Source of the DNA: Phoronis australis
Taxonomy: Eukaryota > Animalia > Phoronida
NCBI GenBank assembly: GCA_002633005.1
Contig: NMRA01000168.1
Span: 313,129 to 377,128, forward strand
Length of the DNA stretch: 64,000 nucleotides
Direction of reading: 5' to 3'
Under the pieces are notes generated by a model. It was not told where the DNA came from, made no database searches, and saw only the letters and a list, made by a program, of their open reading frames with translations. Positions 39,767 through 53,401 of the stretch are shown piece after piece. A program made the position numbers and the translations under genes. Numbering within the stretch: position 1 is the stretch's first letter; each line of letters opens with the position of its first letter.

Positions 39767-41514
39767 CATGATGTTGTGAGAATGAATTTATTATTGTTGT
39801 TCTATAACTGCTATGGCTGGTTAGATACTATTTGATTCATTTCATTTCAATTGGTTTGTGGTCAGATTCATTGGTTAAAAAAGACTGTTAAAACAATGAT
39901 CTGTTTCTTTTCAAAAGGTTGTAGCTAGAATGTCTAGAAACAACCAAATACTCAGTTATATAATCTCAGATTGGTATACTGTAAGAATGTACATTAATCT
40001 CTTTACATATCCAAGAGGCTGATGTTTACCTTCTTCTTTTGTCTCCCCAGTTATTGTTTGGTGCCACTACTTCAATGCTGGATTAGCAGTAATACTCGCA
40101 TACAGGGATCACACAAACTGGTTCTCAAAATCTGGTACCCCTGCATGTGCCTTGCCCAATTATCCATGAAGCTGATTATAGCCTGGATCTTGTTTCTTTT
40201 AAAACTTGTTGTGCTTCAAAATGGTGGCAACTGGCTATCAGAGAAGGGATTCAAAAGTTGTAAATACTGGATGGGTGTAGCTCGAAAATTGACGACTGCT
40301 AAGGCATCTAAAATTACATGGTTCCCCTAGAAACCTTGATTCTGGCACTGCGTCACTTTCAATTTTGGGGTAAAAACTGGATGTTCTACACTGGACAGGG
40401 TGCTGTACTTTACAATTATCAGCAAGGCAGAGGACAGGGAACATGATACTTGGCTTTAGTGTGGACAGAACTTCTGTTCAACACAATCCGGATTGTACTA
40501 TTGCCCAGTTTATGTGAGATTCTGTTTTTGGCCACGTCTGGCTTTACCATGATTTGGGACCCTATTAGCTGTTTAAGGCAGGAACATTCTCTTGAAAATT
40601 TAGTCCACTGCTTGTGGCCAGCTCAGTGTTCCGTGATTGAATATATTTAAGTACAGACAACATTGGATCCGAACATAATCTGGTGGAACTAGGTATCTCA
40701 CAGCTGGAGTCTCTGTTGGTTGACTAAGATGTAGTTATACACCCAAAATACTGAACTTGTCACAGTATTCATTATTTAAAAACATTGCAATGTGGGTAAA
40801 TTTGACCATTGCATTTTTCAACCACTAGATTACATTGGCAAATGCAGTGTTCTCCACGAACTGTTTTGACTCATTGCAATTACGAGTTAGGATTTTGCGG
40901 CATAGAATTCGGCTCACCTGTGTCAAGTTAGATTAATAACACTGTGAGTCTTAAAATCCTGGGAAAAAAGTCATTTGATGAGCATATTAGAACTCGCAAA
41001 CATTTTGTACTAGTTCAGTGTATTGGTTCGTAGGCTTTAGAAACGAGCCTCGCACTATGAACATTGATTTTCGAACATTTCGTAATTGACAGAGTTTGAA
41101 TTTTCTGTAGCAGAGAACACACGAATGTGGTAGCAAGAATCTGTTAAGTTAAAACTGGCTCTTGAGTTTTATGATATATTCAATTTTTTAATGTATTGAA
41201 TTTTTAGGGGCATTAGCTACATTAAACAGGTTATGCTACTCAGTGTGTTTTCTAAACTTGATTTGAACGTCACTGTCAGTAGTGTTATTCAGAGTGCAAA
41301 AATGTATTCTGCATTTAAATACATTGTAGAACATCTTGACCTGGGCTAGTTATCAATTTGTAAATGTTGGTTGCCATCACTATCACTAATGCATTCACAA
41401 GGAACGATTTAGATAGATTGGTGACAGACATTACCATCTTCAAAGACAGACTACTGTGTTTGTGTACTTATTCATGAAACTAAAACATTGCGAGATAATT
41501 TTTGCAGCTAGCTA

Positions 41515-41697
41515 CACCCCTGCAGTTGCAACACAGTTTGCAACAGTGCGATTTCGTCTACTCCTACCCAAATTTCACCCCTGCAGTTGCAACACAGTTT
41601 GCAACAGTGCGATTTCATCTACTCCCACCCAACTTTCACCCCTGCAGTTGCAACACAGTTTGCAACAGCACGATTTCATCTAGTCCTACCCAAATTT
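41515..41697. repeat. 61-bp tandem repeat x3 between the 3' ends of RETREG and RPL37A
   Basis: cacccctgcagttgcaacacagtttgcaacag... starts at 41515, 41576 and 41637. Confidence 0.93.
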
Positions 41698-41822
41698 CTT
41701 CCCGAGTGCATGCGGGTGGACCTTACATGAATTTATATTTCACAACAATACAGTGAGTGGTAGGTACAATACCAGTTTATTTTTTCGTTATTTTCTATTT
41801 ACATGAAACTCAACCAAGTCGT

Positions 41823-44800
41823 TTACAAATCCTTCACTTCCCGTAAACGTCTGATAGCACTCCTGATTGAGGCTGCCGCTGTTGTGCTGAAAAGATGGAG
41901 ACAGAATGTCAGTTTTGTACACCAGCATGTCAGTATTGCACATTATCATATACATTTTGGATCAATAGTCACTTACAGGACTCATGTATTTGAAAAACTA
42001 CTTTGACTCAAGTAGTGCTAATTAGGAAAGCCTAAATTTCTAACTTCAAACTGGAATAACCAGTCTAAGAGTTATTGGGGACAGCTCTCCCTGATGAAGC
42101 AGTCCTCCTTTGGCCAAGACGTGATTAACTTGCTGTATTAAAAATTTAATGCCAATTGTTTTCTGTTAGGGCTGTTCCAGTAAAATCCGTGTGGGAGGGG
42201 GGGGGACGGCAGTAGAAATAAAAATTCATGGGTGGTGGTCTTCAGAAAAAAAGTCAAATTATGGGTGGTCGCTCCAGTAAGAAGTGATGCATTAAAAATG
42301 GGTGGTGTTTTTTGACCTGTTAATGTCGATAGGTTGGTTACTTCAGCCGTAAAAACTCAAAAATAAATGCAATTGTCCTAACTTATCCAAATACAAAAAA
42401 AGCCCATATTGCCAGTGAACAGAGTGCAATATGTTCACTAAGCCATTAATCAAGTCATGGGCAACTCGATTTGAGCCAACTGTTTGTCTGCAGTCCTATT
42501 GAATTGAAAAGTTATGCAACACTGAACTGGTGTTAACACATATAAGAAAATTGATGATTTTTAAATAAAAAGTATGAGGAGTAAGATAAACAAGTTCCAA
42601 TATTCACTTGACATAGAAGTATAGAAGAGTTCGTGGAGACAGTTTCAGATTCATAGATCCTTATAAATGAAAAAATGTTCATTGAAATTATAGACACATG
42701 GTGAACAGAGACACCTGGTGGCTGCCAAAAGTATTGCTCACAGGCTACTTTAGTTTTTGACAATATTGGACAAGACAACTAGTTCTTGTCTGTCAGTCAT
42801 CTAAGTTCTTAACAGGTCCTCCTGGAGGCAATTTGTTTGCAAGTGTTGGATTTTATATTTTAACCTATTAAAAATAATTAAAAAATTATGGGTCATGGGT
42901 TGGAGAAATAAATGAAAAATACGGGCGGTGGGTATGAAATAAAAGTGCCTTCCCCCCTCCCATACAGATTTTGCTGGAACAGCCCTTATGTAGGACCCCA
43001 GAAAAATGTCGTTTTGGCCAACTTCGGAACATCATATCTCAGAAATGGCTGACCAGATTCACACGAAACTTTCAGATACCATGCTGTAAAGAATTATTTT
43101 AAGAATTATTTTAAGAATTTTCCACTTTTGCATGAGGGGCTAACAAAAATAGGACTGATATATTGAAAGTTGCAGAAAACGGAAAGATGATTCAGAAAAC
43201 TGAAAAAGCGTTTTTGAGATTTTATCTTGAACACATGTACAAAATTCGGTCATATTATTGATTCTATTCTTTTGCTATGAATGTACTCTTCTATTTCATA
43301 AATTCCATGGTCATGTCAAGATTTGGACAATATTTGAAACTGTTGAAACCTTAAAGTAATTTGCACGGGGAATGTTTACAGAAACACTAATTTTGTACAG
43401 AGAAGTAAAATTACTGTATGTCACACGACAACATCTTATGCCTCGACAGCTGGCTTTTTAAAACTAAATGCGAGTCTTGACATTCACTCAAACTAACCGT
43501 TAAATTTAACTTTCACCAATACGTGGCAACTGTTAAACTCAGTTTCTTATGAAATTTCTGTTTTATGGCAATGATGCAGCAACCTTTGTCTAGCAGATAA
43601 GAATCAGATTTTAATTAATAAATTCATGTACATATAACATAGTAAGACTAGAAAAACCTAAAGCATTGAAGTTTATCGGTTTTAAAAATCAAAAATATCT
43701 TTGGAGCAAATTCTAAAAATGATTCATCAAAATTTCTTTCCTTTCATTTCGCGACTTTCAACACATTTTGATATAATTTACCAACTTATTGGTAACTGAT
43801 GTATGGTAATGTTGCGACAGTGTAAATATGTCGGTGACTTGCGTGTATTTTTGCTCATATTTAATCCCGACTAACCTGTAAACATAGGCACCTCCAGCCA
43901 CCTTCTTTTTACAACTCTTGCATTGCCAGATGCCTACAGCCGACCGTTTCATGTTTTCCTGTGAATGAAATGAAGAAATTGGTAACGAGAAAGTGTGAAT
44001 AAACATAAACGCACCAATCAAAACACAGTGGAGCAGCCCTAAAACAAAACCATCTCACACTTACAAAGCTAGCCGTAACCTAATCAACTTGTATACAGTT
44101 TGGTTGGACAGGACGAAACATTACAAGGGAGCCAAAATTATAGACCAGGTTTGTTTGTGTTTATCCCTGTCCAGTCAAACACCGATTGTTGTCAAAGGGG
44201 CCCAGTTTGTAAACTGTCATACGTCGAATCGTAGACATTAAAGTTTATATTTCTATGGTGCAAAATTCATTGAAGAGGTGTTAGTGCAGAAGATTGCTAA
44301 GCGTGAACATAAAGCTGCAACGTAATGTATAGAAGCAAAACTTAGTTATTATAATAACAAAGAGTTCTGTTTGCAGCCATGATTTCGACTATTTTACCAG
44401 AGCTATGAACAAGCGTCACTTCATTCAGAGTAATGTTAATTCATAAGAGACTTGAACAGATGTGAACAGTAGCAAAGCCTAAATAAATCTGCATGCCTAA
44501 TAGGAATAGTGCTATAGCTTTGTGATACCAAGTCACTATCCTTAAATGAGTATTTAATAACAGTAAAAGCATCACATGTTGCATTTTTCCAATACACAGA
44601 CAATGTAGGACTGCTCTAGTTCATGTGCTCGGCACGTCAACAAGTCAGATTCCACCTTTCTACGAAAAAATCTCACAGCCCAGTTAGATCCAACTCGTAC
44701 GAATATCATAACCAGGAACGCAATACTTGAGCACACAGCAAGGAGAGGGAGTACCTACCTTACCACAGAAGTGACATGTGTACTTGGAGTGCTGCGTAAT

Positions 44801-45862
44801 CTCCATCTTTTTGATACCTTTCCTGAGCGAGGCACCATACCTCGTACCATATTTACCAACGATGCCTACCTTCTTGGTACGCTTGGCCTGTAACAAATAA
44901 TCGTAGCTATATTTACTAAGTCAACTGTATTCCAGCAATAACATATTTCCTTAAACTGCACAAATAACAACATTCAGCCGACAAAAACGGTTTGCTCACA
45001 ATATAGCAATTGCTAGCATTCGGCAGTAATACCTGTTGGTGGTCCCTATTCAAACCAATTTCATCCACTGAATGACGAGCCTTATAAAAATTAGTGAGGT
45101 TATGAAGTCACATCACCTAGCGAGCGCGGTAAAAGTTGGAGCGTGCGCAGTACAAAAATTTTGATTTCACGATTTTGGGAACTGAAATAGGGACTGCTCG
45201 AAGAAAAAGTTTCATAATGGGAGTATTTGTTCGAGTTGGAAGAACTTAAACACATCGACAACCTCCTAAGGTGTTCCTCTATGCGCAAAAGGTATTTATA
45301 ACAACATGACTTTCATGGTTTAGTCGGTGCAAGGCATAATTCGCCGAAAAGCTTCCGGCGTACAGAGCGCCTATAGCCTCTACATCGCCTCTGGTTCGGG
45401 CCAACAGAGGCGATGGTCATTGCCTACTATAGCCTCTGCATCGCCTCTGGTTCAGGCCAACAGAGGCGATGGTCATTGCTACAATTTAATTTTAACCCCC
45501 CCAGGATTCCATCCACCTTTTCATTTTTACACATCTTTGCACGTATTTCCCATTGGATACTACGTTTGTCAGCATTTTTCCTTCTTTTGTCTGAATTTTC
45601 CTTAAATTTTGCCTTTATCTGGCAGGCAACAGCCTCTGACATAGCCTGATTAATACCATAAGCCTGTCATTGCACTGAAACAATTACAAGATGTACCGAC
45701 GATCGGATCACACAAATGGCCTTAAATAGTGTGTAAGATGGACAACAAGAAGCAAAGGACCTTAACAATAAACGTCGCTAAAAGCTAAACTTGCAGCAAA
45801 CATAAAATTGTGTATTTAAGACAAGATGTCGGCCGATCTTTTTGCACAACTACACATACCAT
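41823..45862 (-). CDS. RPL37A: 60S ribosomal protein L37a (eL43). Exons 45862-45860 (ATG only), 44888-44760, ~43959-43877, ~41886-41823
   Basis: [23 protein letters not shown]...YTCHFCGK / [23 protein letters not shown] / [23 protein letters not shown] directly followed by a GT donor; polypyrimidine (TOP-like) CTTCCTTTTC upstream. Confidence 0.97.
42169..42985. mobile_element. PIF/Harbinger (Tourist-like) MITE in the last RPL37A intron
   Basis: TIRs gggctgttccagtaaaatccgtgtgggagggg / cccctcccatacagattttgctggaacagccc; TTA TSD on both sides. Confidence 0.85.
45105..45481. mobile_element. Solo TIR of the Mutator-like family with a duplicated terminus, in RPL37A intron 1
   Basis: Highly similar to 30278-30618; the terminal ~56 bp (gcctct...ggtcattgc) is repeated twice. 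Confidence 0.85.
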
Positions 45863-46054
45863 TTCTATGTTATTTGGAGTGATGGCGAAAAGGAAGTTGA
45901 GAGTGCGCATGCGCTCATTGGAGTTGCACAACTTCCGGCAATAGTGTATACTACTATATGTCTTGTAAGTAAAAGTTGTTGGGCAACTGCTCGTGGTTCA
46001 TTGTTCATTTCTTGAAAATATTGGACAACTCCGCTTCATCAATTGCAGGTAATA
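45863..46054. promoter_or_regulatory. Putative bidirectional promoter for RPL37A and ZNF622, with a probable non-coding ZNF622 first exon
   Basis: NRF1-like GCGCATGCGC at ~45905, ETS-like ACTTCCGG at ~45931, and a + strand donor CAG|GTAAT at ~46048. The link to ZNF622 is inferred. Confidence 0.55.
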
Positions 46055-46379
46055 TTATCTTATTTCTTTTGGTGGTTGGAAACATTCTGAAACCACTTGA
46101 GTCAATTGTTGTCGAATAAACAGACAGACAAAAAGATTGGAAAATCCACATGTTCAGCCTCACAGTCACAATCACATGTCCTGGGCTGTGGCTGAGCCTG
46201 ATTGAGGCTCAGGCCACACTGAGCTCAGGCTCAGGACCTCAGCTTCAGGACACTACTACTCCGAGTACTATTCAGTGTCACTAGACTCTAGGCCTTGTAC
46301 TGTAGACTGAATCACATGAGCCTCTGTTAGCAGGTTAGCCACATTGATGACATTGTAATCATTGTATGGAATTACAATA

Positions 46380-49300
46380 ACATTATTCGTCATTATTGAG
46401 AGGATGGGTAATGGTTTGGCTCCGGTCCGAAGTTGAGCCTGGTATCTTGGTGCACCAACTTTGATTTCATGCTGCATTTCGAGATACTGATGAATTTCTG
46501 TATCAGTGGGCCGATCGTCTTACTATCCTGTTTCTCAAGGCCTTTACGGATGCCATACCCTTTGATAAGTGCCAGTCAGTATTGAGGTTTTGTCTGGGGA
46601 TGCGTGATACAGATGTGGGTCACCAGTCGGTATACAATAAACCTGTGACTATTGTTGATATGTTAACATTGACTCATCGGTTTTCAACCACTGAAGATCT
46701 AATGCTAGGGACGTGACATAATCTTATGTAATCGCTGATTGGTTCTCCGATAATGGCGGTCACCGCTTTTTAACCATTGTTTGAACCTACCCCTCGAAAA
46801 TCCACTTGCTCTCCGTAAAAACTGTAGGAACAAAGCACGGAAGGTTTGGATGACGTAGAACACACATTCCTGAATGCATACGTCATGAATTAAGTTGTTT
46901 TCACGTTTTCATTCCCATGCTGTTCGTGCAGGAAAGTTGTTGTTAATCTTCAAGTCGTCGCATTTCTTCAGGTAAGTTACGTAATTGTATGAATATATGA
47001 TATAACATAAATTTAACCCTATATGAATCTACATGCCGATTTTTGCGAAGATCTATTGATGCCCTCATAGTTTTTTTCAATCCGCAACTATGGTACTCGG
47101 ATTTGTAGTGTTACGGCCATGTTGGATGAACGGGAATTTGCTTGGTCATGAAACGAATCGTTTTTCTCATGACCAGTTCATTTTCTGCAATTGTTTTGCG
47201 TTTTGAAAGTCGCCAAGTACAAGTTAGATTTACATTTGGGGATATTAATTGTTATTTGTGGTCTAAATACAATGATTCTTGTTGATTTTTGTCGCAGGAA
47301 CCCAGATCACGTGACATGGTTCTGACAATCTGATTGGTTTATTTGTTAAATAAATGAACAGCGGCTGCCAAACAAAGAACAGCTGAGTGACGAATGTAAA
47401 CAGTGCACATTGCTGGATGAGCTAGCCTTTTGTGAACATTTTTTCTTTATATTCATATTGACAGAACAAATGATTTCATCAATGCATTTTCATTGTTCTT
47501 GTTATTTCAAACTTGCTTGATAAATTTCAATATGAAATTTTGTTTTTTGTTTTCAATATATTTTTATGGTAAAAGTGGTTTCTTTACAATCTCACCTCAA
47601 GAAACTTAGATGGAAACAAACTTCTTTGATAACTGATAGCAGATGTCATTTTTGCAAAACAACATTTCATCAAAGTGTTTTCAGTGCTGAAATGAAGTGC
47701 ATTATTGTTAGCCAATTTTTAGTTCATTTTAATACACAGCCAGTGGAGTACAATTACCTTTTGCATTTGCAAAAAGGACTTTCCTTGGTATAATCATTCA
47801 GAATCACAAATTTCAACATTTTTTTATTTTCAGGATGCCATCAAAAAAAAAAAGAAAGCCGTCGCTAGTTTCTGATAAACCTGGCTTAGCTCGTCAGTAC
47901 CTGGAAGAGCAAAAATACATAATAAGTTATTGGCAAGAAGAAGATGAAGACTCTGCTTTGGACTATGATATACATAAATATGAATTAGCTGCAGATTTTG
48001 TTAATAAAGATTTAGTTTTCTGCTGAGAAAAAGTGTCACAACACGTATTGGGCTGGTAGGGTACTTGTGTTGAGGATGCTATGTTTTGTTACGTTGTGAA
48101 TATGCTGATGAAGTACTAGTTTACAAACAATCCCGGGTCTTCCGGTGGACCAGTTACCATAACAATTTGGCGAGTCTTGTTTTGCAAGACTTTTTTGTGT
48201 AAATGAGTATAGTAATATTTCATCGTTACCGTTATTATTTGTTTATTTCATTATCAAATAATGGCATATTTTGCACCACCTGCTGGCAATTTAAAAACAT
48301 GAGTACATTGGTGACATCGGCTTTCCTGTTTGCCAAATTTCTCAAATGATCATCATGATGAGAAGGCTACTGCTGACGCTTATTTCTGGGCGGGTTCGAC
48401 TACTGTGGTGACCCGTAGTGGCAATTTTTTTTATTATTTTTTACGATTGCCTCGGTGTCATGCGAGTTCCTTGATGAATCTTCATGAAATTCAGCATATA
48501 AGCTCTATGAAAGAGATAATAACGCCTTCATATTTTCGTATGGGTTTGACATTTATGTATATATTTTTTCTATTTCTTAAAGTTGTAAGTCAATTTTGTA
48601 TCACTTTTGACATCAATAGTGTTTTGAAATCAAAACACACTCATTCTACAAAATTGGACACTCATCCATATCTTCTACTGCGTGCATCAGTGTTTGAAGT
48701 GTCTGTGCTTTGTTGGGTATCACACAATGCCTCATACATTGCCCACATCGCTCTGCTCCAAACTATGTTTAGAATCGTGATGAAGGGTGGTGTGCTCACA
48801 CTGAGGAGAGCATTGACTTGCTTTTCAGTTCCGCATTGCTCTTGTTATAGAAAGTGTTCATGTACTTACAATAAAGATGATACTATGGTTATTCAAGTCC
48901 GTTTTGGTAATTAGTTGATTACTAATTAATACTTATTTTCTGCGTATAATTAACAAAAAGGTTGTATTTTTATGTATTGTTACTCTTAATTAAGCTCCCG
49001 TAGCTTTAGAATCCTATTAGTGTTACATCTAGAGAAAGAATTGCGAGAATTTTCTCTTGACTAATTAACGTAATTACAATCAGTTAATCATTCCAGTCGA
49101 GAATTGTTTTGGTGTTTATCAAACCAGATTCTAAACATTATTATCTTTCAAACAAAAAAAGTTTCATTTAAATTGGTTGAGAACTGGCGAAGTTATGATT
49201 ATATGTTGTAAAAAATACTAATATAATGCGTCATGTTTTGGGCTAAAACAATAGGAGAATTAGTAGCTTCAAAAGCGATCATTACAATGCAATATCTCTG

Positions 49301-50720
49301 GAAGTATTTTCGGTACAAATGTAAAAAAGATATTTTTGGAAAGCTCTTGATGAGGGCTTTCTAATGATATCAAAATTAATGGTAAGTTTTGAAAAAAAAT
49401 TATTTTGTCACGTCCCTAAATTCTAATGCAGACTACACCAAGGTCTGCAACATTTTACCGCGAAACTTATGCCGATGATGAACTGGAGGGTTTATCTATG
49501 GGACAGGTGAATCGCAAACCTGCTCTTAATTTTACCCTTGGAGTACTGTTTAGTCACGTTTGGACGTCCTTGAGGGGAAATTCTTGTCCCTTGAATCATC
49601 TAGCCTTCAAATGCAGTCGGATGTCTATTTTCTTAAGTCAGATAATTACCAAATCCACAAGAAATTAGACCAGGTGAAGACTAAAATGAACAGCAATTTT
49701 GATGAAATGACAAATAATTTCAAAAAACTATTTTCAATGCTGCAAAATTGGTCGCCATCGCGACCGTATGATTTGAATGCGTAGTGCTTTTCGCCGAATT
49801 CTACGAAGTCTGATAATTCTCAGCGAAGATTTCAGAAATCTCTCGGGATAGGGATTCCACAGGTGCTTCACTTTAGCAATCCATGTCAAACCCAAATCTC
49901 AATAAATTTACTCAAAACAGGGATTCAACAAAACATGAGCATTTGTTATGTCAGTAATAGTCTGTTATGACATGCCCGTTTCAAACCTTATTGGCAGTAC
50001 CTAAACAATAAAATGAAGTGTAAAAATATACATTTCCCTTCTGTATTGGGTCAGAACCACCAGTTCACTTTTTCGTGAAATCAACAACATTTGAGAAGAT
50101 ATTCGAGAAATTAAGTTCGCCTCCCGAGCATTTTCCCTTAATCCAATATGTCTGCCAACGAACTCACCTAGCGAAAAGACAAATATTGTTTCTCGTGAAC
50201 TCGTTTTCAAGACAGGACAAAAAAATACCCCCAAGAAAACGTGAGACTTCCACTTCATTTAAAAGTCACTAGGCCTGTCGTTCAGTATTTTGGTGAACAA
50301 GCTAGCTTGCGCATGAATGGTCATACAATCATTGCATATGAAGGAGAGGGACCTAGAGAGTGGGGCCACTTTTTCTCTACTAAAAATGACCCCGGGTAGT
50401 TTTCTGACAGGGTCTAACTTTAATGTGAAGAACTTTCAACCCAGAAAAAAGGACCTCTCGTCCGTGAAAACTCGTCCTGTCTTTCAGTTGGTTTCCTCGC
50501 AATAGGGGACAATGTTCTATACGCAGATGTTTGTGTCTGGGAGTGATTTTCCTGGGAGGCGGTGCGAGGGGAGGGGCTACTACGTGGCAGCGTGGGTTGG
50601 CTAAAGAAGAATAAAACCACCGAGGAGTGGTGTTCTGATTGGCAATTGGATGATACTTAAGCCGGGGGGACGACTGGCAGAATGGGGGGGGGGGGGGTNA
50701 GCAAACGTGATAACTAGGCT
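46380..50720 (+). mobile_element. Highly decayed Ty3/Gypsy-like remnant (gag-like piece split by the hAT-like insertion; possible integrase tail and PPT)
   Basis: 46465-46705 reads EFLYQWADRLTILFLKAF...QSVLRFCLGMRD..VG....KPVT (gag capsid-like) and stays in frame across the TSD into 49422 onward. A coiled-coil-like segment follows, then KNFQP..KGP near 50430-50460 and a G-run at ~50684. Confidence 0.45.
46706..49421. mobile_element. Non-autonomous hAT-like element (TAGGG ends), ~2.7 kb
   Basis: 13-bp TIR tagggacgtgaca / tgtcacgtcccta; 8-bp direct repeat TCTAATGC at 46698-705 and 49422-29, with an extra AAT at the right end. Confidence 0.78.
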
Positions 50721-51108
50721 GAGACTGCGTCATGCATGGGAGATTTTATGCTGCTCAGTCTGCAGACTATCGTTGGACAACATTTTTTGCTGCCACTTAC
50801 CTGCACCCTGTCCAATGATTGGAAGAGCTGGTGAACCCTAAGTGTGTCATGATACAGATCAGAAACAATTGTTTTTTCGTCTTAATTCTTTTGTATTGGT
50901 CAGCAAATTTTAAAGTCCCTCTGCAGTGCCATGTTTGAAATCCATTGTTTAGGTTGTTAACATTTAAGGATGGAACCCTTTGTTTTTGTTTTTATTTTTT
51001 TTTATGTGGCAAGTACACCCAATTTCACGTGGTAAAACCATAGATTGAATGGAGTTGATTGATTGCTTCAGAAGGAAGATTCATTATGTAGATCTTTCTT
51101 GATAATTA

Positions 51109-53292
51109 CAGGGCTCGACGCTTTTAAAATCGCCAGGTCGCATTTTGCGACCTAGCCAAAATCCCAGGTCGCATTTTCAAAATCCAGCTCGCATTCGTAA
51201 ATGCCAGGTCGCAAAATTTTCCCGCCATTTTAACGTGCCAAAATAGATTTTTTAGATCATCGAGAAAATGTGTAGATTATGCTCTTACCTGCAGCGTTAA
51301 ATGCTCACAAATTTCGGATCTCAAAATTGACTTCATTCATGCAGGTACGGCCTTACTGTTCTTCACGACCGCCATTGAAAGTCTCTAGAGCGCAAGCCAA
51401 GTTGCCGGCGTGAAAGTTGAATCAGTGCTCTCTAACTGACTTGTGCATTCGAGTAGCTAAATTTGCGAAGTGAAAAGGGAGAAAATGCCCGTTGAAAAAA
51501 GTATCTGGGATTTTGTTAGATCTGGTCTGCTACTGGCCGTCATCAAAGTCGTTAACGATTCAAACTAACTCGGGTAATCGCGAGTTTGCTCTTCAATACC
51601 TTCCAAGTACGGGAAAAAATAGGTCAGTCGCAAAACGACACGCACGTCACTAGTGTTAACTTTCTTTCCGAGGTATAAAACAAAGCCGAGATTTGGTTTT
51701 TACATATTGTGAAAAGACGTTTTTGAAAACTGAAGTTGTGTAAAATGAAACTGACACACACCATATAAGCTGCGTGTCAATTTTAAACCACACGCGGTCG
51801 TTTGTAGTGCGCAATGATGGGCGCTAGCTTGAACTGTGGGCGCTTAATTAGAAATTCTCAAAATTTCAGGGGGGACTTTTAATAGATCAGTGAGCGCTTA
51901 TTATGAAACACTTTAAAGGTAGGGAGTAGGCTTGTGCGTGAGCATAGTCGTTAACCTCAGTGTTTGCGGTAATAAGATATTAAAACGCTGCAATGGTAAA
52001 AAACGTTATAATAATACGATTTTGCGAGGCAAACTCCATCTGGTAGGGGTGACTTTCTGGATATCGTTACCAACTACATTGTACCCTTTTTAGCCACCCG
52101 GAATGATTTTTTTAACTGCCCGCTTCAGCCGGAACAAGGTTGTTTCTATAGGAGTCTGAACATTTTACGGCGAAGGTGGTTCGGGGAGCGAAAAGTTGCC
52201 GGGGGGTGTATAAAGAGAAGAATGAAAAGTTCGCTAACTTGAACCACAATTTCGCATCTAGTGCCAGTTTAGTTGCAATAGCTGGCTACGGGCATAGAAT
52301 ACAGGGTTTACAGAACATCGACCTCGGGAAACATCGGAACAGGATAACGTTAGTTCTGGGTTATATCGGTCCCGGGACATCGGGTCTTTTATAACCGCTG
52401 GGAAACTGAGTTCATTTTCAAATAAACCAGAGCCAAGCCGGTATACTCTTTCATTTAGGACTGTCGCTGTTCTTTGAAGTGGTGCGCACGCGTGAGTTCA
52501 CGCACTTGAATCGTTGGAGTAGGCCTACACTTTACGTTGGCAACAACGTGTGAAAGACAATCATATTTCGCGCACGTAGCCCCAGAAACAAGTAAAGGGT
52601 TTGAGAATTTCTTGGCAACTGAAAGTAAAGACGTGACCGTCGTTTGGCGATTAATAAGGTTGTCATTTTCACTTTGGCTGTCTTAATACGATAAAAGGAG
52701 AAGCACATCTCAGTCTAAGTCACGATTGTCTGCCGGGACCGCTTGCGCGCTAACGGTGCCGCAGTGCGATATCAGGGATATTGTCGTGGATATTTGGTAC
52801 ATGTAATAAGGACATCTTATGTGAAAAATAAACATTTTTGTCCACCACAAAGTTTGGTAAGTTGATCGCTTAAGAATTAATAGAAACACCGTTGTTTTGT
52901 GAAGTTTTATCACGTGTAAGCAGTGGCCCGAAACTTTCTTCGGCGAATCCGGGAATTTACAAAAGTGGCCGAAAGTGTTAGCCAATGAAACGCGTCAAAG
53001 ATCGATTCTGCATATCCCATGTTCACGCGACTTGCTTACAAGTCATCGGGAGGCCTGTTCTCGGTTAGTGTTCTTTTGAACTTGTATTTGGCAACAACCA
53101 AATAACGGTCGGATTAACAAGAGCTGCTTTGTATTTGCCAGGTATCTGTTGAGAAGTGTAAAAACTCAGCTCGCATTCGTTGGAAATTCCAGGTCGCATT
53201 TTGCGACTTTATACGAGCTGACAAAAATCTCAGCTCGCATTTCCAAATTTCAGGTCGCAAATGCGACCTGCAGCTCGTTATGTCGAGCCCTG
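51109..53292. mobile_element. Non-autonomous hAT-like element (CAGGG ends), ~2.2 kb, 5-bp TSD
   Basis: TIR cagggctcgac / gtcgagccctg; many cag(g/c)tcgca subterminal repeats at both ends; AATTA directly flanks both sides. Confidence 0.82.
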
Positions 53293-53401
53293 AATTAGCA
53301 TTGTTTAAGTGTTGGATGAAAAGGTTAATAAAGTTTGTAAATAATGTTGCTGAAATAATTTAGGTTGTGAAGTTTTGTTTGCAGTTTCGCCTCACATCGT
53401 T

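Noticed and set aside
41515-41697. CRISPR-like array
   Set aside because: Whole 61-bp units are repeated, with no unique spacers and no cas genes, in a eukaryotic context.
41890-45859. Intronic snoRNAs in RPL37A
   Set aside because: Only a weak C/D-like pair near 43603-43730, with no terminal stem or recognisable guide; needs a covariance-model search.
48330-48914. 194-aa ORF as a transposase or gene
   Set aside because: No recognisable motifs; low-complexity AT-rich interior of a non-autonomous element.
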